Shown here piece after piece: positions 13,027-25,265 of a stretch of 60,977 nt of DNA. The notes beneath the pieces were generated by a model, which saw nothing but the letters and a program-made list of their open reading frames with translations, ran no database searches and had not been told where the DNA came from. Origin of the DNA: Hydrolagus affinis (lineage: Eukaryota); the NCBI GenBank assembly GCA_012026655.1, contig JAAILG010001852.1, positions 1 to 60,977 of the forward strand, written 5' to 3'. Both the position numbers and the translations under genes were made by a program. Position 1 is the first letter of the stretch. Each line of letters starts with the position of its first letter.

Positions 13027-14329
13027 GATTTTTAAACTGCATCGTGGAAGCTCCTCTCCTTCTGCAGTTTGGGACCACTCAGATTGATTGAAGTTATTTT
13101 CCCCAGTTGGTTTATTTCCTACTTTTCTCTATAGATCTACACAATAATTATTTTTATAAACTCCCCCTGTCTTTTGCAAGGTTGCTGCTTCTGGTCATTT
13201 GCCAAGTGTTCTTTCATTCATCTAAGTTTTTAAATGATTTACCTTTGGGCAGAGTTTTGCTTTCCATCAGTTAAATCAAAGAAGCAGGACTGAAAGAATA
13301 CTGGGATCTGATATTGAGGTAAAGCCTCTGTTCTGTACATGAAAAACAATTTCAAAAGTGAAGCACTGTAATGTGATTGATGTTAAATTAGAATTCTGTT
13401 TCTCTCATGACTTTAAACTCTTTTCATTTTGGAAAGGAAATTGCTGCTGGCAAGAAAAAAAAAGTATTTTTGGACTGAAGATAGAGTTAGACCATATGTG
13501 TGAATATATATTCAGTGGGTTTCATTTTTTAACATCTTCCCAATGTGTTTGTTATTCTTTCTGTCAGACGTGCCTGGCTGTTTCCTATTGTGGAGTCTCT
13601 GCAATCCATATCAAAACTTTTCTTTTGTCTTTTCTTTCAGGTGTTGTTTGATTTGTTGTGCATTTTCTGTGTTTGTAAAAGGCACAAATCAGTTGGTGCT
13701 CTATCCCACAACAAACACCATCCTACCGGCTCCTCTTTTTTTTACAGAAATAGTTGTTTTGGGCACAACTGGTGCTTGCTATCTGGAAAGACAACTATCT
13801 GAGCCCACATTCCCATATGGTTTCATGACATGAGGGCTCTTCACACTTGCAAATTGTTGTCAAGACGGAAGGCATCAGAAGGGAAAATGCAGGCACGTGG
13901 AACTGTTCTGTTTCCTGCTGCCTGTCTTCACCTTCTTCTCCTGGGAATGCATATTGTAATCATGTCATACAGGCTTCTAAAACAATCCCAGAGTTAGCCA
14001 TTGCTCCACAGCTGGAAATGCAAGAGGTTAGGATGATCACATAGGTTTAATTGTACGGAGTTTAAAGCGGAAAGTCTAATAATGGGTTGATCTTGATGAG
14101 AGGCATGTCCTCAAGTACTGCATAGCATGAGCCTTGAGCCTGCTTTGATTTGTTTAGTTTTTTTTAATGGAATAGTTCTTCTATATCTACCTGTTGGAAG
14201 TTGTGGGGTGGTGGGAGGTTGAGAGGAAAACTGAGAACATTTTTTTCATGGTTTGCTTCATAGTCAGGAAGAGAACAACAGTAGTCTTGACTAAAACTTA
14301 GTCTCAGAAGAAATACCCAGAGCAACAGA

Positions 14330-14485
14330 AAATGCATTATACTGTAATTCCCCACCAGTGTGGTTGAAGCAACATCTATGATAGCTTTTACATCGCAATT
14401 AGACGAACATCTGTAAAGGAGAATTATGAAGGGTTACATGATAGGCCAAATGGCTTTTTTTCTATGTTCACAAATGTTATTCTAT
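14330..14485 (+). mobile_element. CR1 LINE 3' fragment, degraded
   Basis: gtggttgaagca…atagcttttacatcgcaattagac…gataggccaaatggc resembles 54060-54240. Confidence 0.55.
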
Positions 14486-14785
14486 TTTGAATGTTGTATT
14501 TTTAAGAAAATGTAGATCAATATACAGTACTTAATTCATTAAAATGCAGCCGTACTCATTATTCTAACTACTGTTAATGGAAGCAAATACCAGAATGGGG
14601 TGGGGAGGGTGGGGTGAGGTGCTTGGCAGCATGTGATGTAACCAGTGAATATTGTATTAACCCACTCCCTCCACCTGTAGTAAAATATAGATTGAGAAAT
14701 GTCTGTTATGCAAATGTCGGCTACTGATGGTAACTCCCTTTGGCAAATCCACTAAGTATTGTTTATGAGCCTACAGTACAGTCAT

Positions 14786-15235
14786 CATCAACAACAAAAT
14801 TACATTTATAGAGCACCTTTCACATCGGGAACACGTCCCAAAGCACTGAACAATCATCTCGGGTCCCAAGCAAGGGGGAGGGGCAGGGTAGTGGGGAGGA
14901 AGAGAGTTACGAGGGGAGGGAGAGAGTTGGGAGGGCAGCAGAAGGTACAATCGAAGAGGAGGGTCTTGAGACTGGCCTTGAAGGAGGCAAGGGAGGAAGC
15001 GAGGTGAAGGGACTGTGGAATGGAGTTCCAGAGTATGGGGGGGCAGAGAGGCTGAAAGCCCATCCACCACTGAATGGAGGGGGTGGGCAGGTTCATAGGG
15101 AGATAGCAGGTCGGAGAGATAGGAGGGGGCAAGGCCGTGAATGGCCTTGAAAGTGAAGATGGGGATCTTGAATTCGGTCCGCTGGGGGATGGGAACCATG
15201 AAGCCAGGCAAGGGTGGAAGTGATGTGGTCGCGGA
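14786..15235 (-). mobile_element. L2 LINE 3' fragment
   Basis: (CAA)n tail on +; minus-strand PIPQRTEFKIPIFTFKAIHGLAPSYLSDLL and LWNSIPQSLHLASSLASFKASLKTLLF motifs. Confidence 0.9.
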
Positions 15236-15539
15236 GGTATGGTGGTTATATCTATATTGTTCATCATTTTGCATCAAACCTTGTTTTTTTTAATTCATTA
15301 TGGAAAGAACTGTTATGGAGGATTTAAAATCTTAGACTTGTATCCTTTAAATCCGTGGAATAGTCCAAACAAAAAAGAACAAAACTTAGTTTCACACTTT
15401 TATTGACTCGTAAAATTGGCTACAATGATGAAAAGCATGAAATAGTTTTCTGCTCGAACTTTTCCCTAGTGCAAAATCTTTATTAGTTAGCAACAAATCC
15501 AATGTTTATTTGGTGCTTGGAACCTTATTTCTTGCCTTT

Positions 15540-15930
15540 CCCCCATTCTTCCGCTCCCAAGTTGCTGATTTATGCTGAGGAATTATATCATGGCTGCTGA
15601 AAGTTCTTTGATATCTTGCCAAAGTGGTCAATTCTCTTGAGTGACACTAAACAGTGAGTATCAGTAGGACATTTGACTCATGGGGAAGGAGCGGATGTTA
15701 CAGCTGAATCCAATGCTATCCTCATTGGATATTCATATGAACACTTACAGTGGGATTAAGTTATATTTTTTCTACCTCTCTTGCCCAGGGATATTGAAGC
15801 CAATTCCAAGATTTTCTGGCTGACATTGGCTATTTATAGATCAGAGATTGAACCTAGGATGTTTCTGGTTAGTCTGTGTAAAGCTTTTTGCCATTCCATA
15901 TGGAGCATTTACTCATCGAGCCATTGGAAA
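15540..15930 (-). mobile_element. Old tRNA-derived SINE, near full length (family not named)
   Basis: Minus-strand head with A-box-like TGGCTCGATGAG and B-box-like GGTTCAATCTC; body similar to 26400-26760, 48990-49245 and 42270-42490. Confidence 0.55.
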
Positions 15931-17671
15931 GGCTACATTAAGTTTTAAAGTAAAAATAATAATACATAAGTTGTGATACAGGAATGTAAATTGGGACATG
16001 ATACGTTAATTCTCATTCTTGATGATTATTGAGGATTGATCTTATTGATCTCCTATGCACGGCAACCAGCCCTGAGAAGCCCCCTCTCCTTACCTTGTCT
16101 CAGTCTAACCTTCGGGAACTCCCCTAGCATAGCAATCTAAATCCCGACATTGGGAAGCCAGATGGCAGGCACAGGGAATTCCCAGATTCACCTACCAAAA
16201 GCACAGAATCACCCACATAAACTGTACAGTGTATCCTGTGAAGCACATTGAAACCTCCCAATGTGAAAAGGCACCATATCAAATGTAAGGATTATTATCG
16301 TAGGTTCCAGCAGGTCAGAGAGACACACATCTGGTTAGGTGCTTGATTTTATGTTTAGAAATCCCTTTGAGAATCATCGTATTGAGAATTGGATTCTGCT
16401 CCGTTACCTCTGGACCTCCCTCCCTCTACTCCTCCATCTCACCCCCTCTCTATCTGTCTTCACATTCTGCCTTAATACCTACCTCTATGACTGTGCCTAT
16501 ATCTCGTCCATTTCCTACCCCCTCCCCTGTTTTGAATTCAACCCTATTAGTATAAAATGTTTTGAGACGTTATCTTATGCGAAGGATGCTATATAAATGT
16601 GAGTAGTTATTGCATACTACACCCTTTATTTGCAACTGGGATGAACTGTGAGGTTGGGTTTAACACCAATGTGTCTGACAGGTTTAAGATCAGGAATTAC
16701 ATGGTTTTAACTGGAAGAATTCTGCTGTACCGGTTTGCCTAATTTTACAGCTGTTCGAGTTGTTTTAGTGGATCTACAGTTTTGCGGTGGACAGCTATAC
16801 AAATCCCTCATTCCCTGATAACCATACCCTTATTGCAAAAAATGTTTTACATTTACATAGTGCCTTTCATGTCAGGAGGATGTCTCAAAGCACTTCACAG
16901 AGCTGCCTGGGAACCCCAGCTGGGATATGGGAAAGCTGAGAAAGGAAGCTGATGGCTACTTGAAAAGAAAGAGTTTAGATGCAGGGCTTAAATGACAGCA
17001 CAGACTCACACAGGACATCAAAGTTTCCAATCCTGAAATTGACCAGGAAACATCAGTATGAATTGCATTTGTAAAAACCTTTGTCCTTCAATGCATCAGA
17101 GCCAGTTTGTGCCCTATACGTCATCTTTCACTAGCGCTCTGATAGTAGCTGGTAAAAGCTCAAGGTTAACGTGCAGCTGTTTTTCAGTGCAAGGTAGAGT
17201 GCCCCAGGATTTGATGGACTTTGATCCTTCACTGGATTTGTATAAGCATTTGAATCTCTGTTACGCAGAGTCTGCTCATTGGTTAATTAGCATTTAGATG
17301 GCGTAGATGATTATTTAAATTTTTTTTAAAAAATTATATGGCATTGTTCAAGGATTCTTATATGGTATTTCACAAATGTCATTTACAAACTAAGATTAAA
17401 TTAAGAATTTTCCACAACTATGTAGAATTTTAGTACTTAGGAGAAATGGCCTTAGCACTCTGAGACATTACCCTGTGTGGAGGGCCCTACGTAAGTGCAA
17501 GTTCTTATTGTCTTACAGGCAAACTTTAGAATAAATTTGGGGCCTGATGTTGGAGATGTAGTATACAGTATGAATGTATAATGCAATGAGTTAAATGGAC
17601 TTCTACTTGGTCATTGTTGCTACTGTTACTATTGACAATGCAATAGGTCAAATGATTTTCCTACTGCTCCC

Positions 17672-17776
17672 GAAGTTTGGGTGCAAACCCCGGTCTGGAT
17701 CCTGTCCTTGAAGTGCTCTGAGATGCCGTCCGGCGTGGAGGGCCCTATATAAATCGAAGTTGTTGTTGTTGTTGTT
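17672..17776 (+). mobile_element. 3' end of a second L2-like family
   Basis: gtgctctgagatgccgtccggcgtggagggccctatataaatcgaag(ttg)n; related to 17455-17510 and to the reverse complement of 59490-59545. Confidence 0.7.
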
Positions 17777-17852
17777 ATGTTTGCTCAAGGAGTGCTTGTA
17801 CAGAATTACAGTGCAAACAATTGACTTTCTTATCAAATGGGTGGCATTTTGT

Positions 17853-17985
17853 ACTTTTCACTTCTGGTCTCTGAATCAGAATGTGGCCCAGACTGATGAG
17901 CTATAAATCTCTCGCTGTCATGTGTAGGGGTCCTATGTGAAATAGGATAATCCTTTCCCAATTCTTCCTGAGTGTAGGACCCATC
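17853..17985 (+). mobile_element. LF-SINE-like relic (5' half)
   Basis: Collinear blocks ctttcacttctggtc / gcccagac / cctatgtgaaat / ttcctgagtg resemble the LF-SINE consensus as I recall it (CTTTCACCTCTAGGTC…GCCCAGG…CCTATGTGAAATG…TTCCTAGTG). Confidence 0.5.
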
Positions 17986-20900
17986 GGAGAAGAAACAATG
18001 CATAATTCAATTTGTCAGTAAATTAGTACTTTCACTCAGAGACTACAGGATGGCTAGCTTGGGAAATGAAAAATGTCACACTGGTATAACAGGAGATCTT
18101 AGGAAGACATCAATGCCTGACATTCAACTTCAATGTAACCTGTAACATGTGTTTTTCTGTCCCAAGCCTGAAATTTTTCCTAGCCTTAACCTGTAAGATA
18201 TTTTAAAAATTTATTGGTGTGCAGAGCTGTGGAAAATTCTTAAATCCAATCTTAATTTGGGTTTTCAATAATTCTTTATAAACTAGGACAGAGTTTTAAG
18301 AATTTTTCACAATTTAAAATTTGAAGACAAGTACGGTCTTTCAGACAAAGATAACATTGAAGCATGGTCTAATGTTGAAGGTGTAGTGGAGGGCCTGAAC
18401 ATGAAATATATTGGGTCAAGGCCTTCTACTATATTCTAAATTTCTGTAGGTGCTTTAGTGTTCCTCATGCTGCTATATTTATCCAAACTGTGTTTTATTG
18501 CTCTTTTTGGGTACTTAAAATGATAAACTAGGCGTTAGAAGGAAGAAAATATTATCTGTGAAAGGATTCACAAAAGCAAAATTCATGGTTGGATATATGC
18601 TGTATTCCCTTAATCGTTTTTGGAATCATGAACATTCTTTCAAGTGATACAAGGGGTTATCATGAACTGTTCCATTGTATTAATTATGTCCTGTTTGTAT
18701 GGTTGTTTACTTTTTAAAAAATCACAGTAGCCATTGAACAGCGTTCAATGGATTTATGTGATCTGTAAACTGAGTGAACCTATAGGCCAAATGGCTGTTT
18801 CACATATCTATGCTTTTTAATGCTTGTATTCCCCAGACCTGACCTTTTACTTTTGATGAGAGCAAATGTTTTTGCAAAAGAAAATGATTAAATTTGGTGC
18901 ATGCTTAAATGAATGGAAAGGTTCCATTGTCTTGTTCCCCACCCCTGGCCTTTCTGTTCTGGGTATTTGTAAATTGCATACGAAAATTTGCTGAGGGCAA
19001 CTCTCCATCCTTCTGTATAAATCTTCACAGTTCAATATGTGCCAACAATTCTCATCAATATCTATTACAGTATAGGCATCCCATTAGGTTGTCCTTTTAT
19101 TGGGATGGTGTTCCCCCTTTTAATGTATACTTGTATTTGTACATAGCCCTCAGTCTCTTGTAGTTTTTACTGCTGAAAATGGAAGTTTTATGGCTTAGGA
19201 AGTTGGCTGCACAAAGGTTCAAGAGGATAGCCTGAGGCTATACTCCTTCCAATATAGAAGGGAGGGTGGTGGAGTTCTCCACCTCCCTCCCTTCCTTCCT
19301 CAGGGGCTGCCATTTGGCTTTCACTGAAGTAAATAGTTCTGAGGTACATGAGCATTTTGTTTGGATAAATAGCCTATTGTGAACTCAGTTTTAGAGGGAA
19401 AAAGCACTCAGTTTTTTTAAATACCTGCACAAAGTACATTATTTTGCCAGAATTAGTGTTGTGATGATATCCTTTGTTAGGAAAATAATATCTGATCACA
19501 GCACTGAAAATGTTGAATTATCCACTGCAATCAATTTATAGAAAAAGATAAATCTGCCGAGCTCAAACATTATTTGTCACTTTGTTTCCCAGTTTCCGTT
19601 GTTTCCTTCTGTCTGTGAATTTACACAGAGTCTAGATAAAATAAGCCGCATTCGTTGTTTATTGATGGATCTATACAGCATTTAGGAGTTATGACTCGTG
19701 ATCAGGTTGGCTACTTCATGAACCATATAATGACTTCAGCAGACAGACTGATCCAGCTCCAATACTTTTAACTAACAGAACATTTAGGCATTGTTCAAAT
19801 CCAAGTTCTGTGAGTTAGAAACTCTCTTGATTACTGATCCTTTTCAGCAAGTTTCAGCATAAGTCATTTTTAGGCTGCCTTTTTTTTAAAAGAAAAACAA
19901 TACTTAAAAATATCTTTGGTTTTAAGAAACTTTTACAATCTTTGTTTGGATCTTGTAGCAATTCGCTCTTAATTTTAGATTGATTTCCTGCGTTATGCTA
20001 GAATGAGGGTACGTCATTCAATATTCAGTAGCAATTAGCAGTGCAGTATATAACTTAGGGATACATTTGAGTTAAGTATTATAACTGGACTCTGTGAACC
20101 ACTTCATGCTAACATGTGTGTTTTCTCAATGTACATTAATACTAAACTGCTAACCAAGCTCCAATGACTTTATGGTATGTGATCATAGGTCATGTTTGAT
20201 TTTAAATGTCACGATCCAATCAGCAAGCGAGGGGGCAGAGTGGCAGAAGATCTAACCGCCAATGGTGGGCTGGCGAGGCGGGGAACGTGAAGCAGGCTGG
20301 AACCCGTTGAGCGGAGGAAGGGAGTAGGATGATGAGGGGGGGGTTAGAAAGTCACAAAGATTGTGGGGAGAGAGACCACGAAGATACATATTCACAGTAG
20401 CTACATAAAATATCCTTTGTGACAAAATTTGGCAGTAAATCTTCGAATACTGCGAATTATACCCCATGATGATTGAATTATTAATAGCTTTGGCAATGTT
20501 TTGGAGACTATTTCTGGTAAATACAGAGTATTCCGATTATAATAACACCCCCACCACCCTCCCACCCACTCGCATAGTGCAATCTTGCTTATATAATATC
20601 CTGAGGACTGTTCTAACCAGAAGCATTGTACATTCAATTCCGGTGCTCATTTACCAGGTCCCATCGCTATATAAAATAAGATTAATTGCACACTGCATTT
20701 GCACAGGAAACTGATGTCAATTAAAAAGGCAATTTTTCATGCTTCACTTATAACACGATCTTGGAGATATTGGACCTATTGGAGCATGTTATCATAAAGT
20801 TTTACCCCCCCACCAGGTCACGGGAATTTTTAACATCTGTCCACATTACAATATTTTAGTGTCATGGTTTACACTGTGGCAATCACCTTTCTGTGAGTGG

Positions 20901-22480
20901 GTTATTGAACTTTCAGGGCAGAGTGTTAATTAAAATCTCTAGGTGCTTGCTCACCTGTGTTCAGAACCAGAAATGGGTCAGAAAAACTCAGTCAGGGCTA
21001 GAATTTGAGCCGGCAACAAGGCTTTAAACTTCAAACTAAGCTTTGTTATCGCTGTAATTTACAGGTAATGACAGCTTTGTTCCGATAATGGTCAGACTGT
21101 ATTTTATATGAAAACACTGAGATCCAAGACAGCTGTTCTTTGTGATAACAGTTGAATCCTTGAATAAGATGAACAGGTGCAATTTTGGGATCTGTGTATT
21201 TACTGACCTTTATAGTTTACACATTTTTTGTCAATATATTCTGTTTGACATAGAGTCTTGTGTCTAGGATACCAAATAAGAACACTCTCTGTTGTGTCTT
21301 AAGTGGTTGTGTTGCATATGTTTCTCTACTCTAAACCTTCAGTTTGCAGAAAACATCTGTGGTTTGGTGTATCATTTGACTCTCGCATTGATAGGGGATT
21401 AATTGATACCCAGTAAAAATCATTCTTAAAATTCACAGAATCCCTTCAGTAAAAACACCACGCTGGCCCCAAATGGAACCTTCATACCTAATAAACATGT
21501 TCTTGTTCCATGGACAAGCCTCCCATACTTTGCCAATTACATTATTCTTCATGTTTTTATTGTTCATGTTTGAGTCAGACAATGAGCAGTGGTGGTTATA
21601 GATGAGCTTCCCTTCTCCTCTTTTGCCGGAAGTAATATGATAGTGACAGAACATCCCCTTTAGGTAGAACGAGGACATTGAGAACATTATCACGGATCTG
21701 GCTGACATTGACTCACTCAGCACAGATCAGGGATTGAATGTGGGAGCCTCATGGTCTATATGCACCATTTTACACCCTAGAGGCATAGCACCATCTATCA
21801 CAAGATAGAAAAATTGATGCACTATTTTTTACAATATTCAGAATACAGTATAAATGCCTGATATCAGCATATGATTTACCACATTCTTTTCAAGCACTCT
21901 GGGGCTTTACCCTCATGAAGGGAGCTGTATAAATGCAAGTTGTTGTAAGTGTTGTCCAGTGAAATGGTAATCTGAAATAGTGTCACCTGGAAATTATTTT
22001 AGAAGGCAAAATCAGCAGTTTTCAAAATTAGGCTTGTAAAATGTTTCTGATACTTTTTCTTATAATGCCCAAGTTTTTGTGCCATGTCTTATGTTGCGTA
22101 TGTGCATTTTCTTAGCGCACAAAAAGGATTTGTTGGGTGGGTGTTTACAAAGCAATCGGGACCAGGATGATTGAGTAAAAGTAAAATTGGTTGACTGATA
22201 TTTAGTCTAACCTCTAGTAACAATGTCCTTGTGACGTGAAAGGCACTTTACAAATGTAATTTTATTGTTGTTGTTCAATTTTTATTCATGGCATATATAG
22301 TGTATGTTCTTAATCTTATCTCATTCTTTTATTGTTCAGTCCACTTATTTTACTTTACTATACTGTATACATTTTTACTCTACTGTAGAGTATCTCAGGT
22401 GTACACACAATATGTTTTGCTTTGATTAAAAGTGGTAACGGATAAGTGCATTGAACTTTGAGTATTAACCTGATCATAAT

Positions 22481-22783
22481 AAATAATAATCCTTGCATTT
22501 GCTATAGCGCTTTTCACATCTTCCAGACGTCTCAAAGCATTTCACAGAATATATTGTAAAGTGAATTAACTATATATGTGGGCGAAATGCAGCAGCCGCA
22601 TACGCACACCAGTGTCCCACAAACATTCGTGGATTGAAATGACCAATTTATTATTTTTTTGAGGGATTATTATTAGAGGTGTGCAGTAAGGAAAGTTGCC
22701 CAAGGTTTCACACTGCTTGGAATTGAACCCAGGTCTCTCGCTTGTACAGCAAGTGGTCGAACCACTGAGCTACAGGACTCCAC
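22481..22783 (-). mobile_element. Full-length tRNA-headed Deu-type SINE
   Basis: Reverse complement of the 12718-13026 family: aataataatccttgcatttg…gaattgaacccagg…aaccactgagctacaggactccac. Lies about 180 bp upstream of the exon. Confidence 0.9.
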
Positions 22784-22962
22784 ACAAATCCATGTGATTC
22801 CATATCCACAATTGGTCTGGGCAGGATTATTGTGGATACCAGGCTTTCCACTTATATTTGCTGTACTGTAAATTTTTTTTAAAGTTTGATGTATTTTAGA
22901 AAAGAAGAATTATAGATTGATTTCATAGTTTCCTTATCCTTGTGCTTCCTCTTTATCCGCAG

Positions 22963-23061
22963 GGAACACGGGTCTGGTTACGAGAAAATGAACAGTACAT
23001 TCCAAGCACTGTCTCGGCGTTTGGAGGAGGAGTGATAAACTTCACCACAGACTATGGCCAG
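22963..23061 (+). CDS. MYO10: Myosin-X (MYO10 or MYO10-like) coding exon 2, N-terminal region upstream of the motor core
   Basis: Polypyrimidine tract plus CAG acceptor (…cttcctctttatccgcag, AG 22961-22962) and donor CAG|GTGAGC (GT 23062-23063). The 99 nt are open in phase 0: GTRVWLRENEQYIPSTVSAFGGGVINFTTDYGQ. This aligns without gaps to recalled human MYO10 residues 8-40 (GTRVWLRENGQHFPSTVNSCAEGIVVFRTDYGQ), about 21/33 identical, with the same exon length. Confidence 0.93.
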
Positions 23062-24168
23062 GTGAGCCTAAAACAGGAGAAATGTTGAACATGCTTATGA
23101 CTCAGTGTTCCACAGTGTTAAGTAATAATATAAATAATAATCCTTGCATTTTGATGTAGCTCTTTTCACATCTTCTAGATGTAGAAATCAATTGCATTGG
23201 TCTCTTGTTCAAATTAGAGAGCTGGCACTCGTCTTTGGATTTAACTGCACATGGCTTTGAAAAATAGTGGAAAAACCCTGGTTTGAATAAATACAATGTA
23301 TAAATGCTCTATTTCGGTTGAAATAGAAGTCTGGGAATTTAGACTGTCTCGGTCATGAGACTGCGTGAAAAGTTCCACTCTTGAACTTCCATAGTGAGAA
23401 CCTATTAAGCTTAAGACTAGAGCTATTTTTGTCGTGTTACTCAGTGTTTATATAAATGATGTAAGTTAACTCTCACAGTGAGTGACCATGAATAGTTCCT
23501 TTTATTAAAAATCCCCATAAATGTCTATCAATCTCCCGCTAAGGAAATCGCCAACAGTGCGCTTTCTTGCAGGTTTATTCTCTATGGCCCTATCCCCCTC
23601 CTCCTGTGGCCAGTGCTTAGTTAATATGTTGCTATTTATAAGAATGACGTGAGATTTTGGGTTCACTACATCTAATGAACGCTTAACAACAAAATGCGAG
23701 CTCATTTGGTGGGTTTCAGCTTTCTATCCAAAGAGGTATTTCTGGCCATACCAGGAAAGTATAATTTCCTCGGTCACTAAACCTGGGTAAAATGTTAGTC
23801 TTTTATTGGAACATAAAATAATAATCCATACAATGTTCACATGATTTACTGCGAAGTGTAATCAATTTGTCATTTGTAATAATAATAATCCTTGCATTTG
23901 ATATAGTGCCATATCATATTTGGCACGTCTCAAACTGTTTCAGTGAATATTTTGTAAAGTGAATTGACTGTATATTTTGTGGGGAAAATGATCCAAATGT
24001 GTTTATTTGAACTCATAATATGTCAATCAGGATCCATCTCTTTGGTTGGCCAACAAAATAAATGTTTCTTGATTGAACATTTCTTGATTTACGATATGCA
24101 TTTTAGCTATATAGTTATTTCTATGATTATATTGTTGCCCAACCAAACACTATTGTAATAAGTGAATA

Positions 24169-24420
24169 TAGGTATCCCCCTATTTACGACAGGGTTGCTT
24201 GCATTCCTGAAAAGTATCACACAAATCGAAACGTCATAAATTGAAAGCGGGTTCCCAATGCGGTCCCACGGAATACACTATGTACTGCACGTGCGCAAAA
24301 CACAATTTTTTGTCGTTAAAATGAAACTAAATGTCGTATATCGATAAAAAGGTGTTAAAAAATTATGTTCAATAAATCAAAACTGTGTAAATAGAAATGT
24401 TGTAAATCAGGGGATACCTG
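24169..24420. mobile_element. Tc1/mariner-superfamily (Tigger/pogo-like) MITE, 252 bp
   Basis: TIR (T/C)AGGTATCCCC..ATTTAC.ACA at both ends (23 bp, 4 mismatches); flanked by TA (24167-24168 and 24421-24422). Confidence 0.82.
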
Positions 24421-24545
24421 TACTTGAAGCAGCCAAAGGTTTGTCCTGAGTGTCTGTTTTTTGAACAGCTTAGTATTGTTCCCTTGCAGAAATCTGAAGA
24501 GACCAGTAATCTAAACCCTGTGTGTATTAATCCTCAAAGAATGTA

Positions 24546-25265
24546 TGGTAGACGCCCGTTTATCCGGCACCCACGGGACCTGGCTAATGCCGATTAAAGC
24601 GCCTGCCGGATATTCAGGCGGCCTGCGGTCGAAAACCCAGTACAAAAAAATTAAAGTTCTTTTAACACACACCATACACACCGGACTAATAGCAGATAGT
24701 GGCAGAGTATTGTGTTGGTGCTTGATGTTGGGGCTGCTCTCTTGCGCTTCTCACCTTTAGTGATTGGGGTTTGCAGTCCAGCGATTCTTATTTGAATGGG
24801 GGACGCCAGGCAGGTGAGGGAGGCGACAGCGCGATTTTAAAGTCGCGCGACTTTACCAACTGCAAGCCGAAGCCCTAGACTCTACCAGCGGCAAACCGAA
24901 ATACTGCACCTGTGCGACAATGTGGGTTATCGGCTAGCGTTATCGGCTTGCCGCTAGTATGACTTTGAAGTCATATGCGCTCAGTTTTTTTTGCCCGCTT
25001 GGCGTGCTCCATTTTGGGAAGACTGGACTGTAAACCTCAACCGCAGCATCATGGCGCAGCATCTACCAGCGGGGGTGGGGGGCGCAGGAGAGTAGTTTTG
25101 ACGGTGAGTGCCAATACAATATTTGTTATTATTTATGCATTTACAAATGCTCCACTGCTATTGTTCTGGATAAATTCCAGTTTATCGAATGGGGACTTTT
25201 TTTGGGGCTTGCCGGTTATACAGAAGTGCCGGTGCATCGAATCATGGATAAACGGACTTCTACTG
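24546..25265. mobile_element. Tigger/pogo-like non-autonomous element, 720 bp, CpG-rich
   Basis: Left end tggtagacgcccgtttatcc; reverse complement of right end cagtagaagtccgtttatcc; TA on both sides; no transposase ORF. Confidence 0.78.

Larger units (their letters stand above)
1..22962 (+). other. MYO10: 3' part of MYO10 intron 1 (canonical first exon probably upstream of the window)
   Basis: Ends at the exon 2 acceptor. No CpG island and no convincing MDxFFxE-type 21-nt coding exon seen upstream in the window. Confidence 0.7.

Noticed and set aside
14771-15277. Longest ORFs in the track (168 aa and 137 aa; also 5639-6078, 42959-43484, 53940-54236) as genes
   Set aside because: All overlap frameshifted L2 or CR1 ORF2 and 3' UTR remnants.
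17893-17945. CTGATGAG…GAAA as a hammerhead ribozyme
   Set aside because: No convincing stem II or III; better explained as part of the LF-SINE-like relic.
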